A stretch of DNA of 64,000 nucleotides, taken from a virus. Every line of letters starts with the position of its first letter. The first letter of the stretch is position 1. Below, one piece after another: positions 45,736 through 56,900 of the stretch. The notes under the pieces are model-generated. The model ran no database searches, was not told the DNA's origin, and saw nothing but the letters and a program-made list of their open reading frames with translations. The stretch lies in IMG/VR virus record IMGVR_UViG_3300025133_000030, positions 64,001 through 128,000 of that record; one strand, 5' to 3'. The translations under genes were made by a program, and so were the position numbers.

Positions 45736-46682
45736 AATTGATAGTAGTAACAGGTTGCTTAGGGTTTATTGGGTCTCAAATCACTAGAGATTGCTTATCT
45801 AGGGGTTGGCGAGTTTATGGCATAGATAAGTTAACATACGCTGCAAACACAACATTATTAGACGAATTTTCGGAAAATGAAAACTTTTCCTTTGAGTTGA
45901 AGGATATTTGTGAATTAAAAAGCATACCAGATTGCGACTACGTGATCAATACCGCAGCAGAAACCCATGTAGGTAACAGTATTATTGATAGCACTGAGTT
46001 CACAAAATCCAATGTAGAGGGAACCAGAAATATTCTAGATATAATAAGAGCAAAGCCAAGCAACATATCAGAAAAGCCAGTTTTGTTACATTTTAGCACT
46101 GATGAGGTATACGGGGACATAACCTCAGGTGCTCACACCGAGAAAGATCTGTTAAATCCAAGTAATCCGTATTCTGCTTCAAAGGCTGCAGCAGATCTCA
46201 TGATAACTGCATGGTCAAGAACATATGGTTTAGATTATGTAATCGTCAGGCCCACAAATAATTATGGGAATTATCAATACCCTGAAAAATTGATCCCTCT
46301 ATCTGTTAAACACCTGCAACGGGGGAAAAAAATACAACTTCACGAAGCAGGAGAGCCAGTAAGAAACTGGCTACATGTGGAAGACACGTCAGCAGCTATA
46401 TTGCAAATAATAGATAGCAACCAGAGAAACCAAATATTTAATATCTCAGGCGGATTCGAGCAAAAAAATGCAGAAACTGTTAGAAAGATAATTAATTCCT
46501 TTTTTGAGAGTAAAGTCAAATGGAAGCGGTATGTCGACCTAGAGCACACTCGTTTGGGTCAAGACGTGAGGTACTCTTTAGACGATTCTAAAATAAGATC
46601 AATTGGCTGGTCACCAGTTAAGAAATTCGACCAAGAAATAGTAAAAATAGTTAACTTTTACAAAGAAAATTTCAGATGGTAA
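45732..46682 (+). CDS. rmlB: dTDP-glucose 4,6-dehydratase
   Basis: [49 protein letters not shown]. Confidence 0.88.
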   Translation: MKLIVVTGCLGFIGSQITRDCLSRGWRVYGIDKLTYAANTTLLDEFSENENFSFELKDICELKSIPDCDYVINTAAETHVGNSIIDSTEFTKSNVEGTRNILDIIRAKPSNISEKPVLLHFSTDEVYGDITSGAHTEKDLLNPSNPYSASKAAADLMITAWSRTYGLDYVIVRPTNNYGNYQYPEKLIPLSVKHLQRGKKIQLHEAGEPVRNWLHVEDTSAAILQIIDSNQRNQIFNISGGFEQKNAETVRKIINSFFESKVKWKRYVDLEHTRLGQDVRYSLDDSKIRSIGWSPVKKFDQEIVKIVNFYKENFRW

Positions 46683-46701
46683 AACTAACAAAGGAGTTAA
46701 A

Positions 46702-46932
46702 ATGAAACTTTCAAATCAAGCAATAGGAGCACTTATGATGGCTCTTCAGAAGTGCATCATGGAACAGATCGACATCGTGGAAATCTTACAGGATTTTGAA
46801 TTGGACACAAATGCAGATAACCAGATAGTGGTAAGTAATTCTCCACTTATCTCAGCACCAACAACCACAGATTTAAAAGAGCAAGCATCAGCGTTTGCCG
46901 ATGAGACCAACAGTACTGTTGGTTCAGATTGA
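46702..46932 (+). CDS. Hypothetical protein
   Basis: AAGGAG SD; MKLSNQAIGALMMALQK. Confidence 0.7.
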   Translation: MKLSNQAIGALMMALQKCIMEQIDIVEILQDFELDTNADNQIVVSNSPLISAPTTTDLKEQASAFADETNSTVGSD

Positions 46933-47186
46933 TGCCGAAGTATTTCTATCGGTGTAGTTCATGTGAAAATGAATTAGAAGTTTACCACTCTATGAGTGAA
47001 AAGCTTAAAGATTGCAAGGAGTGTGAGACATCCGGGTCTCTAGTCCGTGTGCCATCGCTAGCTGGCACGACAAAGTTTGTAAAATCTTCACCCACCAAAG
47101 CCGGCGCAGTCGTACGCCAGTTTATAGAAGACGCTAAGGCAGACCTTAAATATCAAAAGAAAGAAGCAAAAAAGGAGGGCTTGTAA
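46932..47186 (+). CDS. FmdB-family zinc ribbon protein
   Basis: MPKYFYRCSSC...HSM...CKEC. Confidence 0.75.
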   Translation: MPKYFYRCSSCENELEVYHSMSEKLKDCKECETSGSLVRVPSLAGTTKFVKSSPTKAGAVVRQFIEDAKADLKYQKKEAKKEGL

Positions 47187-47503
47187 TGTTATACGTCATG
47201 TTGGGTATATCTTTGGTAGCTAATATTGGATTTATATTATATTTAAAGGTTGTATTACAGAAATTATACTTTGTGTCTGAAAATATATCAACCTTGTTAT
47301 CGATGGTATCACAATACGGCTCACACCTAGGTATAATTAGTGAATCTGAAATGTACTATGGAGACGAAAGTTTGCAGGCCCTTCAGGATCACACTAAGAT
47401 GATATTAGAGGAAATTGAAGAGTACAAGGAAATATATTCTCTCTTTGACAGTGATATAGATATAGAAGCAGAACAGTCAGAACAGGAGAGTCCAGATGCC
47501 TAG
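47186..47503 (+). CDS. Membrane-anchored hypothetical protein
   Basis: N-terminal TM helix; GGAGG SD. Confidence 0.65.
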   Translation: MLYVMLGISLVANIGFILYLKVVLQKLYFVSENISTLLSMVSQYGSHLGIISESEMYYGDESLQALQDHTKMILEEIEEYKEIYSLFDSDIDIEAEQSEQESPDA

Positions 47504-48182
47504 AAAGAAAAAGAAGAATTATTATTTTACACAAGTCCACGAAGATGCAATAGCAGAGTATATCTTATCTGAGGATCACTCACACAGGTCAGACCTTTAT
47601 GTAAAGGTAATTGGACCGGCTCTAAATGAAATGGTTGATAAAATAATTTATACTTACAAATTTACGACTCTTCCAAATATAGATTCACTAAGAGACGAAT
47701 GCAAAGTGTGGTTAACAACGGTAATAGATAAGTATGATCCGAACAAGGGATCAAAAGCATTCTCCTATTTCAGCGTTATAACCAAGAATTGGTTTATTCA
47801 TAAAGTTAAGAAAAATTCAAAAAAGACAAGAATCGAAGTAGGTTATGAAGATCTTCCAAAAGAATTAGAAATGATTCATATGTCGGCCCAAAACACCTAT
47901 GTACAAGACCGCGAAAAGTTAGAATTCATGAATCTACTGAAAAGAGAAATGGATTCGTGGGACACGGGCAAGCTTAAGGAAAACGAAAAAAAGGTATTAG
48001 AAGCTGTTAAAATACTCATGACTGACGCTGAGGATATCGAGATTTTCAACAAAAAGGCTATTTATTTATATATAAGAGAAATCACTGGATTAAAAACAAA
48101 ACAAGTAGTCAACAACCTTAATAAGATGAGATCTCGATATAAGATTTTTGTCAGGCGTTGGCACGAGGGTAGCATTAGATGA
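47496..48182 (+). CDS. Phage sigma-like transcription factor (T4 gp55-like)
   Basis: Region-2-like KYDPNKGSKAFSYFSVITKNW; C-terminal HTH-like IREITGLKTKQVVNNL. Confidence 0.6.
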   Translation: MPRKKKKNYYFTQVHEDAIAEYILSEDHSHRSDLYVKVIGPALNEMVDKIIYTYKFTTLPNIDSLRDECKVWLTTVIDKYDPNKGSKAFSYFSVITKNWFIHKVKKNSKKTRIEVGYEDLPKELEMIHMSAQNTYVQDREKLEFMNLLKREMDSWDTGKLKENEKKVLEAVKILMTDAEDIEIFNKKAIYLYIREITGLKTKQVVNNLNKMRSRYKIFVRRWHEGSIR

Positions 48183-48469
48183 AGAGTTTCGATGAATTTG
48201 TGGAAGAGGCGTTGAGAAATATAAATGAAGACAGGGCTGCAGCCAAGAGTTTGCTAACAGATGTTATGCTTTATATTAAGAAATCTGACGATAGACAGAG
48301 AGAATTTGGCCTCATCGCCGCAAAATACCTCGAAACCCTCCAGAGGTCAAATGAGCAAATGGTCAAATTGACTTCTATAATGCATCGTCGAGATGATACT
48401 TCTACTGAATTATCCGAGGAGGATAAGCAGAATGTTTTTGATATTATAAACGAAGAGGAGAAATCTTAA
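48179..48469 (+). CDS. Small helical protein (possibly small-terminase-like)
   Basis: Two long helices, GLIAAKYLETLQRSNEQMVKL; functional resemblance is weak. Confidence 0.45.
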   Translation: MKSFDEFVEEALRNINEDRAAAKSLLTDVMLYIKKSDDRQREFGLIAAKYLETLQRSNEQMVKLTSIMHRRDDTSTELSEEDKQNVFDIINEEEKS

Positions 48470-48470
48470 A

Positions 48471-49898
48471 GTGGTTAAGGTTTTGCCACAGGCATCTAGA
48501 TTTTCGGGCACCAAGCGAAAAGATAATGCGATTCTCAAGAATGTTCAAACAGACCTTGCTAGAAAGCTAGCCGAGCAGGCTCTTTTAGAGCAAAGCTTTT
48601 ATTCAAATAAATATTATTACGGGATCGTTGTCGCCCTTGAGCGAGTCAACCAGTCGACACCTAGGAACAAGACACCAGCAGACGAAGAAGCCTCAGCCGG
48701 CGGAGCTAATTTTGGTGATCTAACACCCATCGACGGTGGCGACCTAAATCATTACTCTGCAAGGATACATGTCCCTAGGGCATCCTCTGTTCCTTCTCCT
48801 AGGGCTGTTATTGAACTCGAAAAGGATCCAAAAAACAGAGACATGCATGATGCTCACATGTATCCGATAGCAAGAGGGCAAGTACCCGGAACTCTTAGTC
48901 CCGGAGACGTTGTAAAAGTCCGACTAGTTCCAGATACAGATGAATTTTTTATTATTGCTGCTTTTGAGTCTACTGGTTTGACTCCTTGTGATTTGTTAAG
49001 TGAAAATTTTGATGGAACCGAGCCGCACATCGATGCCGAAAGAGCTGAAAGCAGAGACGACACAGAACGAAAACAGGTTCCAGCGCCTGCAACATGCGAC
49101 GAGCACGTAAAGGTGGGAGATGATGAAGGCACCGCCGCAAAAGTCTGGGATTTTCGGTCCCCAATCAAAGACACTACATGGGCAAATAATAAATCTAGAT
49201 GCTTCTATTCATCTCGTGGAAAAGGTGTGACTCACTATGGTATAGACTTGGGGACTACGATGGGCGAAGAAGTCTTTGCATGCGGCTACGGGGAGATAAG
49301 GACTGTACGCCCTTATCATGTATACCAATCAGCAGTTAAAGCAGTGTATGAGTACCTGAGAAGCAGAACAGATCTGAACCCCGATGGATTTATGCCGGCA
49401 TTTAGTACCTTACTAGCTTCAGAGGGCTCGGACCCTGCCCGCGGCGCTATAACCAATAAAGTCTTTTCAGACTTCATCAAGAAACGTCTCTATCTTGAGT
49501 CCGAGCACGAGCAGATCCGGAGAAAAGTGAGTACTTATCGTGCCGGAACATTTCTTGAGATTAAACACATCGGTGCCCCTGCAAAGTTGGTTAGTCGTTA
49601 TATACATGTAGCTCCCCTAGCCGGGTTAAGTGCCGGCGACATCGTCAAAGCCGGCGACCTAATCGGCCACGTTACAAAGACTGGAATTATCAACGGCCGT
49701 CCACATGTTCATTTTGAGTTAGTAACCGACAATGATACTGTCTGGGCTCCATATGGCGTTCGACCCGGTCCGAAACAATCTGGATATAGGAAATTTGCCG
49801 TTAACCCCGGAGCGCTGATTCCCGGCCTCGAAGCATGGATTCACAATTGCCCAGAAATGACCCCCCATGGCGGCGTCACTTGGACAAACTGCAATTAG
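48471..49898 (+). CDS. Baseplate-region protein with C-terminal M23 peptidase
   Basis: HYGIDLG (HxxxD), RYIH and PHVHFE (HxH); N-terminal beta-rich part with PGDVVKV. Confidence 0.75.
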   Translation: MVKVLPQASRFSGTKRKDNAILKNVQTDLARKLAEQALLEQSFYSNKYYYGIVVALERVNQSTPRNKTPADEEASAGGANFGDLTPIDGGDLNHYSARIHVPRASSVPSPRAVIELEKDPKNRDMHDAHMYPIARGQVPGTLSPGDVVKVRLVPDTDEFFIIAAFESTGLTPCDLLSENFDGTEPHIDAERAESRDDTERKQVPAPATCDEHVKVGDDEGTAAKVWDFRSPIKDTTWANNKSRCFYSSRGKGVTHYGIDLGTTMGEEVFACGYGEIRTVRPYHVYQSAVKAVYEYLRSRTDLNPDGFMPAFSTLLASEGSDPARGAITNKVFSDFIKKRLYLESEHEQIRRKVSTYRAGTFLEIKHIGAPAKLVSRYIHVAPLAGLSAGDIVKAGDLIGHVTKTGIINGRPHVHFELVTDNDTVWAPYGVRPGPKQSGYRKFAVNPGALIPGLEAWIHNCPEMTPHGGVTWTNCN

Positions 49899-49913
49899 CA
49901 TAAGGAAGGTACG

Positions 49914-50933
49914 ATGTCAGGAAAGAACTCTCTACAAACAAAACTACCGGTAGAATCTCGCGGCCGAAGACATAATAGTCAATATTTGACCCCGAAGCAA
50001 ATAAGGCAAAACAAGGGAAAGCCCGAAGAAGAAGCAGGCCTTTTTTGCGACATCAATAATTTTGATCCTATACCGTTATATAGAAAGGCTCCGGGCGAGA
50101 CCGTCGTCGGTTACGCAAATAACGCAATAATTGTAATAGGTCACGATCGACCTGCAGGTTTTGATAGCGGTTATGGCGGGAAGGGATTCAACGCGGCATC
50201 TGACATCTTTTTATGTGCCGGCCTAAATGGTACTGACCCAAAGGCATATTTCGACGGATCTAAAGTGGAAGTGGATAGAAGCCCCCACAATGATTCCGCT
50301 TTCATTCATATAAGTCAAATGAGCGACGTGGATGAAAATTTGGGCCTAGGAACGACGTTCTTGGGCACACCAGACGAATATATACATTCAGCAGGTAAAT
50401 CCTCTATATCCCTCAAAGCTGATCATTTAAGGATTGTAGGGAGAGAGGGCGTCGTGATTATGGGCCGCGGCACAGATTCTAGAAACTCCCAAGGTGGGGG
50501 GATAATTGGCATTCCCGGGGTTCACTTGGTCGGCAACTGGGAAAACGAGGCGATGATGGGACAACAAGAGCCGCTAGTCAAGGGAACTAAACTAGTACAG
50601 TTTTTGGAAGAGTTCATGAGCGAAATGCAAGAGTTTGTCGACACGTTTAACAAATTTCTCAATTTCCAGATGAAATTCAATGAGGCCATCGCGTCTCATA
50701 GTCACATCGGGTTTATGGGTGTCAATGTGATGCCTTCGATAAAGTTGCAGCTTCAAGGTATAGAAACACAGTTTAAATCTTTTGACGTAGCTCTCGACAC
50801 CCTGAAGGGCGACTATAGCTCGCAAGGTATGTCCTTTCAGTATCTCGGCGGCGCAGACCCTAAGACAGGAATTAAATCTGAACCCGGCCTTCTTTCTGAT
50901 CATATTTTGAGTAAACATAATACAACAAATTAA
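49914..50933 (+). CDS. Baseplate spike/gp5 C-terminal-like protein
   Basis: SSISLKADHLRIVGREGVVI beta repeats, EPLVKG.KL...L, ASHSH (HxH) apex-like motif. Confidence 0.55.
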   Translation: MSGKNSLQTKLPVESRGRRHNSQYLTPKQIRQNKGKPEEEAGLFCDINNFDPIPLYRKAPGETVVGYANNAIIVIGHDRPAGFDSGYGGKGFNAASDIFLCAGLNGTDPKAYFDGSKVEVDRSPHNDSAFIHISQMSDVDENLGLGTTFLGTPDEYIHSAGKSSISLKADHLRIVGREGVVIMGRGTDSRNSQGGGIIGIPGVHLVGNWENEAMMGQQEPLVKGTKLVQFLEEFMSEMQEFVDTFNKFLNFQMKFNEAIASHSHIGFMGVNVMPSIKLQLQGIETQFKSFDVALDTLKGDYSSQGMSFQYLGGADPKTGIKSEPGLLSDHILSKHNTTN

Positions 50934-50968
50934 TTAATTTTCTAATTAGGTACATAAAGGCTTAAAAT

Positions 50969-53900
50969 ATGGCAAGAATACCCGGAACAGCAGTAACCCA
51001 AAGATCCCCCATGACCCAAGCTCAACGCGAGCTTGAGAATTCATACGACTGGAGAACTCTAGAAGAGCCCAAGTACGTCCCGAATGAGGCGGCATACGTC
51101 GTTAATATAAAGACTCCATACGCTTCATCTCGCGGCGGAGGTATCGGAGTTGATGAATCTCAATTAGCTGATATAAAAGCATGGGCCCGAACTCAGGCCA
51201 TAAAGAAGATCTTCGACTTTTATGATAAAAAGTGTGTATTCTTGTCTGGTGGCAACCCGGAACCGCACGATTCTTGGAGACAGAGATATCCGGGACTGGG
51301 TGAGGGCATACACGAATCTTGGAGAAACTATCTAATAGAGAGTAATCCTCCAGCCAGTGGAGAGAGATCTGTTGACGGGTTCACGTGGAATTCTAGAGAA
51401 TTAGCAGGGATTCTAGGAATTACCTTTGAAGAGATAACTATAGAAGATTATTATAATGAACCATCTTTCGGTGACCCAACTGATTGGTTCATTTCCAGTC
51501 GCCCCGGATCAACAATACAAGTTAAGGTGCTTTTTGCAGCAGACTATGTAGACGCAATTCCTCAAAATATAGAAGGGTACACTGGCTCTGGAGGCCTTTC
51601 TCGTAACGCCAAAAAAAGTCTCATAGCGAAAATGGCAACATACCCTCTCTTCGGGACACCAGAAGAGACAAGAAGAGGAAGAACAATAATAGATCCCGGC
51701 TCAGCCCGGGCAAGAGATTATTCAGACGTCAGAAGAAACGTAGGAACTCTAGATGCTGCGCTTTCAGGCGACGAAACCGCGAAAGACACTATTAGAAAAT
51801 CAGCCCAGCGAGGGTTCGAGCAAAGCAGAACAAAGAGGGAGTTCGATTATTATAATAGAAAGTTCAAACTAAAGGGTCCGTATCGCCAAGACCAAGATCC
51901 CTTTAGTGCACCAGATAATCAATCGTTTACTAGCGCTATAGCATCGGCAAGAGACCAAGGCGCTTTGGTCGGGGCGAAAGTTTTAGCTAGAGAGTTAGCA
52001 GTAAACGAAGGAAAGAATTACTTAAAATCTTCAATGAAGCAAGGTGCCAATGCTGCCTATGACAAATCTGCAAGAAAAGCCGCCGTCGCCGCAGCAAAGT
52101 CCAACAACAAGAAGGGTGAAGATTTAGCTAATATTGATAGTCCAGTCGTGACTAGGAGATATGAAACTAGAAACTTTTTGGAGAAAATTGAATTTGTAGC
52201 AAAGTCTCTAGAGGAATTTGACAAAGATGTTAAAAAATTCAGGGAGAGCGGTGGAGAAATTTACTTCTCGTTTCTTGCACCATTCGAAGGGGAAGCAGAG
52301 GAAATAAAAAGACAACAAAAAGAAGCTCAAGAGAAAATTTATTCTGATAAGAGAAAAGGTGTTTACGGTACCGGCCCTGAGCGCCATGACAAGGCAGCAC
52401 GAGCCGTCGAAAAGTCAGATGAAGAGGTAATCGCTCGTATCCATTCCCAGAGCATGCAGAAATTAAATCTAAAGAGGGAGGCAAATAGCCTAAGGCAAAT
52501 AGCGAATAGCCTTGCAGGGTTTTTATCAGACAATACGGAAGTATACAAGAAGGATCACAAGGAAAGGTGGAAAGCTGGCTCTGGCATACCCATGTCGCCG
52601 TTTAATCAGGGTTTCGCAGGGCAAGGTCCATTTTTGGATATCAATTTCCACATATTAAACAAACAAACTGAACCACTGATTGACATTGATTTCCCGACAG
52701 GCACTGCCCTGACCGCGGCTATGGATTATCATGGCCCCGGAAGACACAAGAAATTCCCAACAGCAGACGCTATAGACGAAGAATTGTCTCAATATATTGA
52801 GGAGGTGGGCATCAGTGGTCGACTCGCCAGTGTTACATATATCGACAAAGGATTTGTCGAGTATCCCTGCCTCTATAATGTCGGTGCATTCATGAAATCG
52901 GGAGGCTTCACTAACCCGGTATCTGTTGGGTATCTTTTCCAACTAGACACGATGTATGATGAGCTTATGGCACTAAACAGTTGCCGCGAGATTGGCGCTG
53001 GCATACCATCATTTCCGTTCATATTTAGATTTACGTATCCGGGACTTCAAATAAAGCCAGCAAAACCAACGGCTAAAGCTAAATTTAAGCTAGGAAGCTC
53101 TGTAAAGACTGAAGCCGAAGGTATAAAAGAAGACGCAATATATAGCAGCAAGATGGCAAAACGCGATGCTGGCGGCGCTCTCAAGGGTGCTTCGAATTAT
53201 GTAGCGCAAAAACTACCGTACGGCAACATATGCACGCTCAAGGAGCTTCATCAAAAATTCCTGAAAAAGTTCAGCCTTAGTAAAATCTTGTGTGATCTTT
53301 ACGCCTGTTTTCAGCTTCCCGGAATTCCAGACATAAGCTTGTGGCAGCCGAAGTTCTCGATGCCCAAATTTAAGAAGTCTAAAACCGGCTGGCCAAAGAT
53401 AAATCTCAAAGACGCATTGAAAGAGATGATCGTGAGGTTTCTTTGCGGATTAATTACAGAATTGATAAATGCAGTCAATTCCCCTGATTGCGATGCTTGG
53501 AAGGAATTTGCAGGAGATCTTATTGGAGGCATAATAGAGGATATAAAGGCAGAATTGAATCAGGCACTCGAAAATATAGTTCCGGGCCTAGGTCAAGCAG
53601 CTTTCGGTCTACCGGAACTAGAAAGAGAAGATGCCTGCCCAGATCTTGGAGGTGTTACTCCGACACCCAATAGATTAGGTACGCAAAACCAACAGTTACT
53701 GTCTGCTTCGTCTGTGTCCGACTTGGTTGAAAAGCTTTCTCACGCTCTCCGTCCAAGTGAATTTTGCTCTCTCTTGGCTGGCGAGCCTGACGAAATGACG
53801 TTGCAAGTAGTAAACGTCATGATAGATTCTAGATATCCCGCGCTTAGAACTATTTTTACTACAAATGACATCATAATGAGTGTTTTTTCAGCCCTTGGAT

Positions 53901-56900
53901 CAACTATTATTGGACAAGATCTGTGTCAGTTGATGTTGGGTGCTGTATCAGGACCCAGCGGCCCAGATGCTCTGTGCGATGTGGACGCATTCAGACAAAG
54001 AGTTTTAGCAAACAGAGTTTCGAAAGATGAATTAGACGAACAGGTCGAAGCCGATAAGCGCCGGCGAAATAGGCTCTACAACAAACTCAAGAGACTAGCC
54101 GATTCACAAAACATTTTATCTGGAGTCGTTCCAGACAACATCGTTGGTGGTACACCAGATTCTGACAACCCTGCTTTGGTGCCGTTGTATGTCCCGGGAA
54201 GTAGAGTCGACGCTGCTGCGGACATAGCAATAAGGACAGTCTTTAATGCAATAACAGCGCCCTATGACGTGGAAGTAAAATCATTCAAAAATCGGATGAG
54301 AGGCCCCGCGCTCGGGCAGGCATCTGCAGGCTCAGCTCCAAGCGAACCCCCAATTGATGCACTTAGATTCAGAGCTTTGATGGACAACCCAGATAGTGTT
54401 TTTTATAACCCGACTGGGATACAGCCAGATTGGTATACCGGGCAAAACTTGATGGACGATACAGAGTTGTTGTCTAGAATGTTCGAAGCATGGCAGAATT
54501 ATAACAAGACTCTGAATCCTGACCCACAAGGGGAGACGGAAGCTGTATTTGCTGAGAAACTCATCATGCTGTTGAGAGATTTTAAGTCAATAGAGCGAGT
54601 ACAAACAGAAGATAGGGTCGCCAAATTCAAACTACTTGTAGAACCAGATGAGTCTCCGGATGATGATATGGGTGTTGAAATAGAATATTCTCACAAGCCT
54701 AGTACTTTTTGTATAACAGACACATACAATTTGAAAGACACTTATTCTGTTTCTATATCTGGCGAAGGCATGCAGCATGAAATATCATTCGATGGCAGCT
54801 CAGAAGTTGATATTGAAGGAGAGGCCATAAGGGAACAGATTTCCGACTACGATATTAAAGAATTTAGAAGAGAAGATGGACTACCCATACAGCAGCAAAT
54901 ATATGCATTCTTCGCCGCCGATATTTGGTCCGAATATTTCGGCCATGGATTCAAGTTCAATAATCATAATTCTGGCTACGGTTCTCCATTTTTCTCATAC
55001 ATGGCCAGCAACCAATTTTACACTGTAATAGAATCAATTTTGCAGACAATAGCAAAAAGGATAGCAGAGTCAGATTTGATAACCAAGGACGAGTTTGGTC
55101 GATACGGCCTTGAAAATATTGATCTGAATCCTGTGTTTGATAGCGACGGTTGTCGCCTAGATGGTTTAATTTCCATAAACTCGGCGATCCAATCAGTTAA
55201 ACAGCACTTTTATGGCTTAATGGGGCAAGAAGATCAAGATTATGACCCCGGTCCATTACCGCTGTCTATGGCCTCCAAGGGTGTCACATCCATTCTTGTT
55301 AGGTTGATGATTGTTCAAGTTGTCTTAGAGGGTATTGTATCCTTTAAAGAATTTGGAATAAACACATTATATGAAGATGAGATGTTAGTCCACTATATGA
55401 TGAAACGCTTCGACACAATGCTGCAAAACTTCGATTCGCCAGCAGACTATACAGGTAATGGCGACTACAGCAATTTCTTTAAGATGTTTCAGCTTCTTTT
55501 AATTTTTTCTGAGAGGGAGCAAGTCACAACAGACGAAGTGAGCAATCTGTCTGCAGCATTGGTGACCTTATCTGCCCCTTCAACCACCATGGATGAGGAG
55601 GAATTCGAAGCTCGACATCCTGATCTTTTTAGCGAGATTGAATACCAAGCAGCACTAAAGAAATCTATAATCTCTAACAGTATGCTTGTGGCTGACTCCG
55701 TAAGGACAATAATAGGTGCAGCCACTAGAGACATCTTTCTGGCATATGCCAACAACTTAGACGTCATGGACGTTGCAGCAAGCCGTCATAAAATTGACGG
55801 CTGGGAAGATATATATGGCACCGCCGACACCGGAGGCCGCTTGGGTCATTCATCCCTCGCCGAACTCGAATATAACGACGAATTAAGACACGAAGACGGG
55901 TTTAGACGACATATCGAGCAGGTAATAGGGCCCTTTCCTTACAACCCAGAAGAGAAGAATAGGTTTTATAATCCGGACGGAACGCTAAAGGCAGGCATGG
56001 AATCTTTCACCGATGGAGGATTCGTGCTGGAAAAATTCATAAAGATCCAAGAAGTAAATTGGAACGACGAAGTATTCAGAGGGTACTCCAATGGAGTCTT
56101 GAACGCTAGAGATGAGCAAAGAGTTCTAGTTCGACATCCTGAAATCACAGAAGCTCCAGCAGGAAACTTAATCCCCGTTGAGAGCTTCAAGGAATGGGTA
56201 TTTGAGATGGTCGGCAGACCACCAACACAAAGAGGGGATGAAGATTGGTTCGGAGCCTATTTCGACTGCTCTAACACATTTTATGGTACAGCGACAGCAT
56301 GTGAGGAGAGACTTTCAGATGAAGATGGATACGGACCAAACGATGTCGGATACGATGAAACAAAAGATCTCTATGGATTAACCCCAGCATATCTTCCAAA
56401 TGGACACCATGACTTTGGCGACGACGGTAATGGCCATTACCACGAAAAAACAGATCAAAACGGAGGATCAGATAGTAATATTTTATTTACAACTGGAAAA
56501 TTGCCTATACACACAGGGGACACTTGGGGCCCAGACAATGGAATTTCCATAAGAGGTTACGCTACACCACAAGGCCGCTCAGCAACTGACACCGGCCCGA
56601 ACGCCATCGACAAGCAGATAGAAAGATATCTTCTGGATCCTGCAAGTTCCCAGAACCCATGGGTACCGCTTAGGTTTGAAAAAATAAGGTTCATGTACAC
56701 AGAGGATCAACGAACGTCGGATAAAAATCCATTCTTAAGAACGAAGCTGGATACATTCAGAAGAAGATCTCCATCACTTTCTCCATCTCGATATATCGAG
56801 GATTTCACCAATGACGGCTTATTGGGCATGTCAACAACTGAGACTGATAATTCTATTGAGCCAAAACATAATGACACTTGTGGCACAAAATATGTAATAT

